Shown here: piece by piece, positions 1 to 11,657 of the stretch
Layout: each line of letters starts with the position of its first letter
How positions within the stretch are numbered: position 1 is the stretch's first letter
Assembly: GCF_000485595.1 (NCBI RefSeq)
Contig: NW_014577091.1
Span: 70,178 to 109,613, forward strand
Direction: 5' to 3'
Source: Priapulus caudatus
Taxonomy: Eukaryota
Length of the DNA: 39,436 bases
Position numbers and translations under genes: made by a program
The notes under the pieces: model-generated
Told to the model about the DNA's origin: nothing
The model's input: the letters and a program-made list of their open reading frames with translations, nothing else
Databases searched by the model: none

Positions 1-59
1 TCGTGTCGTGTACGTGTCGTGTGTACGTGTCGTAGTGTGTGTGTGTGTGTGTGTGTGTG

Positions 60-98
<39 letters not shown>

Positions 99-100
99 GC

Positions 101-157
<57 letters not shown>

Positions 158-225
158 TGCGTGCGCGTGTGTACGTGCGTGTGTGCGTGCCTGCGTGCAT
201 GTGTGCGTAGTACGCATGTGTATGT
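1..225. repeat. (GT)n microsatellite
   Basis: Direct reading. Confidence 0.95.
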
Positions 226-517
226 GTAACGAGGTGGATGTTACCTCTTCCTTACCCAGATTCTTAGCTCGGCATGTGTGAGGTATGTCACCTTAAAGGG
301 TTTTGTCGGGTAGCGATGATGAATACCAGAAGACAAGATTATAGGATGCACTAGACGTACTTATATTATAATAGAGAACCACTAACAAGATAGCTACTAC
401 GCGTACAATATGTTTACCAGGCAGCGCCGCGTATCACGTACAATGTATATATAGGTATACCCAGAGAGCCGACTCGTATGTCGCCTCTGCGCACGCGTGT
501 CGCGTACAAACGTAAAA

Positions 518-675
518 GGTTACCTTACGTTACGTATACGTACGTAGGTTACGTTACGTTACGTTACGTTACGTTACGTTATACGTATGGTTACCTATAT
601 TACCTATATTACCTATGGTTACCTATATTACCTATGGTTACGTATATTACCTTAGGTTACGTTACGTTACGTATG
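518..675. repeat. (TTACG)n and (TATTACCTA)n simple repeats
   Basis: Direct reading. Confidence 0.85.
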
Positions 676-1066
676 TAGATCGATACGCGGGATCACTCGG
701 CGGTGTGAAGCTTCTGGAGATAGAACGGAGGAAAGGAACAGATAGCTGAAATCGGGAGAAACGCTGGGCGCGGAGATAAGAGACCAACGGCGTTGACAAA
801 GGAGGCCCCAGTGTCCCGTTTTCTCTGTTTTTCATTCCCACGTCGACGTGTCATAAAGTAATTGCCACAGGTGGCTGGTCCCACCGAGGTGACACACACA
901 ATGGTTCAAATTGTTGTTTACGATGGCTATTAGGCCATGCGGTGGCCGGTACGGGGAGTTATGTAAATCTGTATGCATTTATCTGGCGAAGCGAGGCTAC
1001 ATTTGTAGCTATGTTTGTCTCTCCTAGTGTCTCTATCACTCTTGCATCGTTTCTCTCGCGCTTTCT

Positions 1067-1110
<44 letters not shown>

Positions 1111-1377
1111 CTGTGTTGATATCTCTCGCGTTCTCTGTTTCTCTCGCCTTCTTTTCAATAGGTCACTCACAATAATTATGTTAATATTAGATCCAAATTA
1201 AGTCTAAATGTATAATTTTGACTACACCGAAATCGCAAGCATTCGCGAACTCTTTCTGTCTCTTGTCCAGAGTAAAAATCAGTTTCTCTTTTCTTCATAG
1301 GACGGCATAAACTATATCAGATTCCCCACGTTGACACAATTAAGCTAGTCACCCGTGAATCGAAGTTCTTTCCCGCT

Positions 1378-1465
1378 GGCTTGCATTCGAAAGCCACCCA
1401 TTCGATTCGCTTGCATTCGAAAGCCACCCATTCGATTCGCTTGCATTCGAAAGCCACCCATTCGA
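1378..1465. repeat. 30-bp tandem repeat x~3 (gcttgcattcgaaagccacccattcgattc)
   Basis: Near-identical adjacent units. Confidence 0.9.
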
Positions 1466-1892
1466 GCGTAATCACATATTCTGTTTAACAGTTCTACGCC
1501 AACCTATCTCACGCGTTTACCCCGGTAGTCATAGTTGCATCTGACCGATTGTATCACGCCAATATCAATAAATATAGTTAAATCTCTAGGTCGATAGCCA
1601 CTAACCTACACAGCATTGCGAAGCTGATTATCCACGAAATTAGACGGATCACTGCGCTAGCAGTTCCGAGCGCAAAGTTGCATTGTTAATTTATTACATA
1701 ATTACGATAGCGGAGATTAAATTCCGCTACTATTATCCTCTTTTATTCTCTCGCCAACCCCACGGGCGTAAGCAGCTCTTTTAGTGTATAAAGTTCTTTT
1801 TATTTTGGGAAATTGTCATATTCACATTAATCGCATTAAGTGTATTCACATTTCGCATAGTTTTCTCTGCTCTGCACTTTCGTTGATACGTG

Positions 1893-2110
1893 GTGTTTGT
1901 TCGTCGTTCATTCCTTAGTACGCTCTGGTGTTCGTTATTGATTCGTATGTAGTGTGTTGTGTTCATCGTTCATTCGTTAGTACGCGCTGGTGTTTGTTGT
2001 TCCTTCGTGAGTTGTGTGTTGTGTGTTCATCGTTCATTCGTTAGTAAGAGCTTGTGTTCGTTGTTCCTTTCAGGGTTATGTGTTGTGCGTTCCTCGTTCA
2101 TTCATTAGTA
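1893..2110. repeat. ~63-bp diverged tandem repeat x~3.3
   Basis: Recurring tcgttcattc(g/c/a)ttagta at ~1904, 1966, 2030, 2094. Confidence 0.75.
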
Positions 2111-2919
2111 ATATTTGCTCGAAAATTCATGTTACCATCGACCTCCTGTCTTGGGCAACATTGAATTACACATGCAGTCAACAAAACTCTATGGTTATCT
2201 TGCTAACATGCAATATATAACTGTGTGAAATAATGTAAACGCGTTGGTCGCTGCCTACATAACGTTATAATAACTATATAGCACGGAAGTAACCAAGTAC
2301 TATATATTGAGGCTGAATCAAGGGTATCAGATATTCAGAGGGTATTCATTATGGCCTATTTAACACCAGCACACTACATCATTTGATATCTGAGATAAAT
2401 ATATACGATGTAGACGCTATAATACATTGAAACGCCCTGATACCCACAAGTCTATAATCTAGCACATAGAATATATTATGATGGCCATGAGCGGAATTTT
2501 CGTCAAGTTCAATAATGTAGCCGTATACTCAGCCGTATTTTTGCGGGTGGAATTCACGTATGCTACTGCACTTACGTGCGAATTTAATAAAACGGACAAC
2601 GAATAATAGGGTCAAGTTGTGATTGCAATAAGAAATGATTCGGTGACCCGATAAAGACGGCATTGCACTTGGCCCCAGCGACCTAGCCCCGTGTGCGCCG
2701 TGCAGGCATGGGATGAATAGTTAAAATATGCTAATAAATTTGTCGCCCGAGCTGTCTTGTATACCGATAGGCGGTATAAATCTTCACTTATAATTGTTGC
2801 AATTGAAACGTACGCGAGCGCACTCAAATGCGAACGCGCGCATGCGCACACAATGAACACAAACAAGCATGCTCAGCTACACATGCACGCGCGCGCCTGC
2901 TTGTATTTGCATAGTATGC

Positions 2920-2925
2920 GCGCGC

Positions 2926-2958
<33 letters not shown>

Positions 2959-3031
2959 ACGTGTGTGTGTGTGTGTGTGTGTGTTGTGCGTGCGTGCGTT
3001 GTGCGTGTGTTGTGTGTGTGTGTGTGTGTGC

Positions 3032-3105
<74 letters not shown>

Positions 3106-3229
3106 GAGGAAGGAGGGAGGAGGANNNNNNNNNNGTAGTAGTATACGTACGTACGTACTACGTACGTACTACGTACGTACGTACGTACGTACGTACGTAC
3201 GACGTACGAGAGACGAGAGAGAGACGAGC

Positions 3230-3265
<36 letters not shown>
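2920..3265. repeat. Compound (GT)n/(GA)n/(TACG)n microsatellite with a small gap
   Basis: Direct reading. Confidence 0.9.
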
Positions 3266-5382
3266 GGGGAAAGAGAGTGAGGCAGCGCGAAAGAGAAACT
3301 GGGTGTAGCTGGCGGCAAGGGGTCAAATCACAGGGGGTCGGCAGGGGGTCTTGCTAATGCATTGTTTTACTCTCGCTTTGTGTTCAGCAGAATAAACACA
3401 TCCATTTATAATGAGAGGGCGTCCTGGCTAATGTCCTCGGTATTCACAGGGGCATCCTTAACAACTATTGCATATGAATCAATTCTGATTGCTTGAATCG
3501 TTGCCACGTCCACTCGCACTGGTCACCTGTCGAGCAGGTGACGAAACAACGTCCCGTGTAAACTTATAATAATGATATATAATAACATACGCGCGACGTG
3601 GCCGACTTGGAAAGTTCACGCTGACAAAAAAATCTCATGTGAACTAAAAATAAACTAAATCCTATCATTTTTATTCTCGGTATTGCCTATAAAAATGGTA
3701 TAAAATAAATTGGAATATGAATGGCTAATTCACAGGCGTTTTGGATGAGGTGCGATGTATATTTGGACAGGGCATATACCTCTGAGTTTAATTTCCCATT
3801 CATGCGCGAGTTCTTTTGAGAGTTGCCGAGATCGCGTATAAAAATGTTATTGGTTCTTCACGACAGGCGTTTGCGAGGGTTTTTCGACCATTTCATGAAG
3901 ACATGACCGAAGTCTCAGTGAAAGTGTCGTACTGTGTCTTTTATTTTACGTATGTCATTTAGCAACATGATGGCTCCATAATCATCTATATCAGGATGTA
4001 TATGCTAATCTATATGGATTCGTCCGAATAATTCCAATAATTCATATAATTTCGGCTCCGTTTTGGTGTTTAAAATTGTTTGTAAATTGTTGTGCGGTGG
4101 TCAAATAATATGCATTATAAATTACAGCAGTAGGCGATTCGTAATCAGCTATAGTATAAGTGGATGCGAAAATCAACCAGTTACGACAGTTATGCCGGAA
4201 CATCCGTCTATATTCACGTTGAAATTCAACTCCGGTTGTGACTTACAGCTTGCATGAGATCCTGTACAGTAATTTACGTACTGATACAATCAAATGCAAC
4301 TGAGTCGGATGAGGTGAAGCGAATCATATCCTTTCTCTCGGAGCATTCACTGGCAAGCCCATATTCACGGTGATGTGGCATAAAAATCAGAAAGCGCTTG
4401 TGTGCTATTCCGATAAATGGCGGATCTTTACTGATGCATGTGTTGATCGGTACACTTATGAAATGATGCTGCATGTGTCATGCGCAAAATGTGCACGCAC
4501 GCACGCACACGCGCACTTATACGCACACACATGTACAGGCAGGCACGAACGAACGCATGCACGCATGCATGCGCAGGCACACACGTTAATCTATACCGAA
4601 GTTCCATATACTTCTAAACAAGCCGGAACATGAATGAACTACGTAAAATAAGATCAATGTTATCGCAACTTAAAAAAAAAAAATTGTATGTGGCGGGTAG
4701 AATCCATTATGGATTAACACCTTGTTAGTAAAACTGTGCGGACAGAGTATCGAACAATACATGTGTATAACACGCGCGCGACTTGACCCTTTCTGACATT
4801 GAGGTTAGCTTCACGTACGCACAACACGTCTCTCAGCATGGCGGTCGCTTCGATTGAACCGCCGTAAACGTGACGAATCGATTATCATACATAACACGAG
4901 CCGATACATCTGCCGCTAGCATCCTGACACCCCCACCACCACCTCTAAAACCACACCTTTTAACCTGCGAACGAGATCTAACCTGGAATTAAGCCTGCGC
5001 GATGGGTATCCGAATAACTTTCGTAGCCTTTCGCACCGGCGGCCATTCATGACCGCTGACCCGCATCGTGCCGCAAACACGTGTCCTGCTGTTGCGTTTG
5101 CACGTCGTCGGACTCGGCCGACCATTTCAGCGCGCGGTCCGAAAAAGATAGAAAGCTTCTCTTTTACATACCAGTGACCCACATTCAACCCGGCTGTTGT
5201 CGCCTCTGGAATTTAACCAGCGATGCAGTACGAGGAATTTGCTATAGTCAGTATGCGCGGTGGGGCTCTGTTGCGTAGGCGAGCCAACGCCGACACCTAC
5301 CCCCCCCTCCCCAGCTCCGCCTATCCGCGCACCACCACCTCCGCTCGAGTGCCTCAACAGTTCATTGAGCACGCGACACGGT

Positions 5383-5419
5383 TATATAAAGTGGAGTGCG
5401 GACGTAACGGAGCGACAGT
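5383..5419 (+). promoter_or_regulatory. Core promoter of the CDA-like gene: TATATAAA plus Inr-like ACAGT
   Basis: TATATAAA at 5383-5390, ACAGT at 5415-5419 (~30 nt downstream), ATG at 5486. Confidence 0.6.
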
Positions 5420-5485
5420 AACGGTGGTGAGCGTCGATCATTGAGATACGGGACATTTCGTACGCGCGTCAATAAATCGCTCGAC

Positions 5486-5522
5486 ATGAAGTTGTTTGTG
5501 GTAGCTGTGTGCGCGTGTCTTG
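5486..5522 (+). CDS. CDA-like exon 1 (signal peptide MKLFVVAVCACL)
   Basis: ATG ~100 nt downstream of a TATA box, hydrophobic peptide, donor G|gtgagt, phase matches exon 2. Confidence 0.85.
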
Positions 5523-7972
5523 GTGAGTGAGTTAGTTATTGCATTCGACCTTTTCGTCTTACGCACTTCTTTGGGGGCGATGTCTTCCTACGTTGTCCAT
5601 ACATCGAAAGATTTCGATAGCATGTCTAAGTGAATCGTGAACGAGTTTAAATTCTATCTCGCGGCAATGAGTCGCTTACAGAGCGGTTGTATATGGTCAA
5701 TGTCGAGACGAGAGAAATCTTTTTTGATTGGCCGAACGATAAAAAGTCTGGTATTGTTGTCGCTGCAGCTTTGGTAGCAGCCGCCGTGCCTCAAAAGAGA
5801 TTCGGAGTGCCGCTAAGCGCTGAGGATGATTGCAACCCCAACATAAGAGCCAGGAATTTCTCGGCCGATCCTAATGACTGCCAAGTGTTCTACATCTGCG
5901 ACAACGGATGGCCAAAGATCTCGTAAGTTTGTGAAGTTTTTTTAAACAAGCGATATTCTTCAAGGAAAAATGAATATAAAAATATATGAAATACTTCCCG
6001 TCTAAGGTTCGCTAACTGTAAGCTTTAAATTATACGTTTGATTACATTCGAATTTCAATTATTAAAGTTCGAATTCGTTATTCATGGCTTCCCAAAAATA
6101 ATGCATGGATCGATAACGATGCATGAAAGCATCCGCAAGACACTATCCGTTCACTTAGCCACAGAACGACCATTTCTCATGACATGCATCGCGATATTAC
6201 AGGTGACGTCATCGGGGATTTCTCCAACGTGTTTCTTGTGACACTGTTTTACTGTATTCGGTATACAATCATTAGTTTTACAGTTATCCGGTTTATCAAT
6301 CTTATTCAAACGTATACCGAATCCGTTTGGTCGGTGAAAATCACTTGTACAAAATGTTGGACGAGGCTCTGTGATTTTTTGGGATTTACGTGGTTTTCGT
6401 GGACCAATTGGCTTCATGCGAATTATAACGAGCACTTATAAAATAAGCGTATTCGGCATACATATAATTCTTGTTCGTGTTTCTTGTACACATGCTAGGC
6501 ACGTACCACTATATTATACGTGCAATCGCACGTATAATAATGAGGTATGTGAAAAAGAGGCTAATATTTAATTCGACAAAACGGCTCACGTAACTTGTGA
6601 TGGTGGCATCCAACTTCTACTAAAACCCGCGTCGCGCCCAGCGGTTACTAAAAACCGCGTCGCGTCCAGCGTCAACTAAAACCCGCGTCGCGCCCAGCGG
6701 TTACTAAAACCCGCGTCGCGTCCAGCGGTTACTAAAACCCGCGTCGCGTCCAGCGGTTACTAAAAACCGCGTCGCGTCCAGCGTCTACTAAAACCCGCGT
6801 CGCGTCCAGCGTCAACTAAAACCCGCGTCGCGTCCAGCGTCAACTAAAACCCGCGTCGCGTCCAGCGGTTACTAAAACCCGCGTCGCGTCCAGCGTCTGT
6901 TAAAACAGGCGCGTCAAGAGTCTGTTAAAGCCGCGTCGCGGCTTTTCATGAGACCCGTGTTTATCTCAGCTTCTGTCCGGGCGTGACCGTCTGGACGCCG
7001 GCCGCGGAGCGATGCTTGAACAGGCACGAGGCCGAGAACGCCGTCTGTCAGTTTGTCTACGTTCCCGAGGCGGTCGAAATCGGCGTCGGTCTCGCTCCCG
7101 TCGATGAGACGTGCGACTTTCAGTGCGAGGATAACAGCGGCTGCATCGCCCGCCGCGCACAGTGCGACGGCATCTCACACTGCCGCGACGGCTCGGACGA
7201 GCGCGACTGTGGTAAGTGCCATCTAGCGGTATGTTACCGCACTATCGTTCACACTTGCTCTCTCGTAGGCATGGTTCGTAGCAGCATATAAACATGTCAA
7301 TTCTCATGTATGAACGGAATTCAATTGGATGAATGAATGAATGAATTGATGGATAAATGGAGGGATGAATAAACGAATGAATAAATGAATGAATAAATAA
7401 GTTAATGAATAAATAAATGATTTAATAAATTCATTAAGTGAGTGAGTGAATGAGCAATTAAATCAATGAATGATTGAATGAATGAACGAACAAATAAATA
7501 AATAAACAATAACTATGTAATTGAATAAATTAATATAAATAAGAATATACGTAAATAAATGAAAATAAATAATTCACTGTCGCTTGTATCCAGTCTCTGC
7601 TATATATATAATCAAGAGCGTATTAAGAAGGACCTTCTTAATACGCTCTTGATATAATCATCTTCGTGATGGCATCTCATGCTCGCAGCACCACCATGCG
7701 ATCTTGATCGGTGCAGACTACCTGACTGTAAGTGCAGCGATACTCTCATTCCCGGCGGACTCCTGGCCAGCCAAGTACCTCAGTTAGTGATGATTGGTTG
7801 GGATGAGGCGGTCCGTGTGGAGGATTACAACCATCTTTACCAGCAGGTGAGCAATCTGCGTCTATTTACTATCTAACGCTATTAAATGCAATGTACGGGC
7901 CTACGGGCTGACGGGCGGGCGGGTGGACAGACAGACAGACACAACAGCTAGATTTATAGCTAGCTAGATAGA

Positions 7973-8013
<41 letters not shown>

Positions 8014-11000
8014 AAAAGAAAGTACTTTAACTTACTAATTACTGTAGTANNNNNNNNNNNNNNNNNNNNNNNNNACAAAACATATCCGGATTTACCGGCA
8101 CGCAAACACAAACGCGGCGCGAATATAATAGGACAACAAATAGTAGTTCATGGATAAATATGTTTGGCCAATGGTATACTCATACTAAGTATGAGTACTA
8201 TACGATAACAATTACTGGTGACAAAGGTAAATTCGATTTTGATGCGCATACGGCTGTTACGTGATGTTACTTCTCTAGAGCTAATGGTTACAAGATATCA
8301 TCGTGAAGCTGTGAGATAATAATGCGAAACGTGAGATATATAGCGATACACCTGGATGGTTTGTAACAACCGAAACGCGGATGAGTTAAAGCGTGGGACG
8401 GAATATAACCCAGTAGGCTCTCATTGCCGCGTCACGTCTCAGTCTCTCTCGCTAATCTCGCTCTCCTCGCCTCTCTCGCTCTCTCGCTCTCTCGCTCTCT
8501 GCGCTCTCTCTCTCTCTATTTGTTCTCGTGCTCTGGTCTCTCTCTCTCCTGGTCTACTCTCATTCTATATGTGTTTATCCTCTCTCTCATCTATCTCCCC
8601 ATCAGCTCGCTCCCTCTATCACTAAAGTCGCTCCAGTAGCTTTCCGAAAAACAATGAGGGCCACATCGCAATGTTAATTGCTATCGAAATACAGCGTCAG
8701 CGGTAAATGGAATCACGATTAGTCAGAATGTCACAGCTGCGCTGTAGTGCAGCGTTTAAAGTGACGAGGCTGGCACACGGAAGCACGCGGGGGCCGACGA
8801 GCAAGATCGCCCAATTATTGAGTATAGAATTACCTGCGAAGCACGCGCGTGTACCTAGCTACGCTGGTCACCAGATGCGCGACAATGGTCCACCACGCTA
8901 GTTACGATAATACTAACAGCTAGGTCTAGTGCGGCTAACGATCGGTATGCGGAACATCTTTCGGGAAGCAACAGCCTGTCTCGACGGTTTCGCGGCCACG
9001 ACTGACACATGTTATCGGGGCAAGCACACGAGCATCCCCCTCACTCACACCACCATCACAGCCCACACACAGCACACCACACAACACACAGCACACACCA
9101 CACACACACACCGCACCGACACACAGCAGGCAGTCACAGGCCACACACAGAGGTAGATCACACACGCACGCACTCCACACGCACACACACAGCACAACAC
9201 ACAGCCACACACACACACACAGCACACCACACAACACACACACACCAGACACACAAAGCAGACAAAGCACGCAAAAGTACATATCATTATTCATGCTGTA
9301 AACATTGCAAGACCTGCGATGCCAAAGCACACAGAACCTACAGGACAAACTATAGCGCACGACACAAGATTGCATAAAGACGTGCACACCGACATACAAA
9401 ATCTAACGGCCGAAGCATGCAGCAATCTATAGACCGAGCGGCATAGCGAGGAGTACACACGCAAAAACGCAATCTACACACCCGCCCCGAGCATCTAAGG
9501 CTACGACCAATAGCAGGCCGCTGGAGCACGTCAATGCAGAGGGCAGTCCTACAGACCGATGAGCGCGTAGAGTGTCGATGGCATCACGCCCACCGGTACT
9601 GGCGCGGCGGACCACTTCGTGTGCAAGTCAATCGAAAAGAACGGTCGCCCTGGTGGTCGACGCGAGGATTCGTTCGCTGATATGGTGATGCGTTGTAGTA
9701 GCCGCGAGAGGGTCGGTGTGCCTCGCACAATCCGGCGTCCGGTCTCTGTAGTGCGGTTGAAGGAAGCCGGTCCACTGTCGTTGAGGCGGCGATCGGCGGG
9801 TCGCGCCACGGCGCACTGCAGGGCGCTGCGCGAGACGATCAGCCAAGCGTAGACGTCGTCCTGCGCTCGACGCCCTCGAGGAAATCCTGCAGCGCGTTTC
9901 CACGGTGTGTGCATGCCGTCGTCGAGGAAGCCAGCGCGCGCGCCAAGATTGATCGCAACGGCGCCTTTGTTCGTATGGGTAGTGGCGCGCGTTTAAGTGT
10001 TGGAGGAAGAGCAGCTCCATCGCCTCGCTGGCTTCGTCTCCGGGAAAGTAGGCGCTGTCGCGCGTTCTCGCACAGTGTGCTTGTTCGTGTCGATCCATGT
10101 CTAACGTAGCGGATCTCGCAGCACGCTCTGGGCAGCGACTCGCAGCGGGCACGGCTCCGAAGCGGCGCAGCCCGCCGTCGTTGCGAGGCGGTAGTCGAAC
10201 GTGTACGGCCAGATCGGTAGTCGTTCCGCTGTCGGTGGCGGTAACGAACGAGATCATAGAGGCAGTTTGTTGCGCCTGCGCCATGATGAGTGCGTGTCGT
10301 CGCCAGCCGGTCTGCCAGGTTAAGGCGGGCGCGCCATGCCGATGACGATGGTCCTCCGCCTTCACTGTTGCCCGAGCTGGTTGAGGCAGCAGACGCCATA
10401 GTGACGACTCCTCGTGCCAACCATAAGCGCGGCGTTTCGCTGTCCACGGGCCAGTTACTCGGCCGCAGCTTGTCTACTTGGCAACGAACGGTGTACACAT
10501 GGCCGTGAATACTTCACGGGTGATGTTTGAGACTCGTATTAAACTCGTATTCGAATTCGTCAACAGGCAATAATCTAATGACACAATCAAGCACGTTGTG
10601 TGTAGCGAATTTCCTTTTTGGGAAAGTGCCGTGAAAGGCGGCGTGCAGCGATGGAATGACAAAATAGCGTAACATCAATCGCGTTTGAAGGCGAATAACC
10701 TTCTGTGAGCTTTAGACAATTTAAAGTTGACAGTAAATGTAGGGCAAAGAAAGACGTGACAAGAACAATTGAGAATTTGTCAGGGCGTTAAGGCAAACGC
10801 AAGCCAGAAGAGTGATATGCAGAACTAGTACTCAGCTAGAGAATGTCTATAACTTCACCAGGTATAAGACACTGCTATATAGGCATAGCAACAGCTAATG
10901 TAATGCCTAAATGTTTTCCTTTAGCCTATGATTGTTTTTGCGTCTATCATGTCTGCCGGGAGGAGCATAGGATTAGCAGACAGCTATCGATTAAGTTATG

Positions 11001-11599
11001 CTCTCCTGGCGCTTGTTTGCTAGAAGCGATCGCTCTAATAGCATATAGACTGATCGTGGCGTCTAAGATGAGCGATGGTCTGTTTGCACCAACAATTTCA
11101 ACCGTGCAAGAGTGGTGTTGACACTTTAGACCAGTCCTTATAGTATCACACACTATTTACGATTAAAATAACAATCGGGACCCCTTGAATGTCTACATGC
11201 ATGCATCAAGAGGACCCCCGAACGCGTATAGCTATCCTGACGGAGTGAGTAGCTATTTCGTCTTCGCTTCGGCGTATAGAGGCCATTCACGGCAGCGTAG
11301 TCCGTGAACTGATCGGCTAACAAGAAGGTTCCCGTCACTCTGGACGACGGCCATCGGCGTTCCTGCGCGGCTCCCTGCGTCTAGCTGACGACGAGCTTTC
11401 TTGAAAGATCTGAATGAAGAAAAGCATCGTCAATTACCGTAATCCCTCAGCAGAAATTGAAAAAGTTTAAGCTTTCTGCTTTCGGGTGTAAACGTTTAGG
11501 TTACGGGTCCCGGTACCGTTACGTAGTAGGTCCGGCCGGCCGGTCGGTCGGTCGTCGGCGTCGGTCGTCGTGTCGTGTCGTCGTCGTGCGCGCGCGCGC

Positions 11600-11657
<58 letters not shown>

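Noticed and set aside
690..900. Complex sequence island as an exon of a third gene
   Set aside because: No recognisable protein similarity or convincing splice pair
8..3326. VC-, TH- and RE-rich ORFs in the ORF track
   Set aside because: They are translations of (GT)n/(GA)n microsatellites
3522..3542. Small hairpin gtcacctg-tcgag-caggtgac (paired E-boxes)
   Set aside because: 8-bp arms are expected by chance; no other support
6620..6900. 28-bp repeats as a CRISPR array
   Set aside because: Units are directly adjacent with no unique spacers, there are no cas genes, and the context is a eukaryotic intron
9549..10508. ORFs of 219-245 aa as a nested antisense gene
   Set aside because: They are frame-hopping shards of the inverted CDA exon 6 copy
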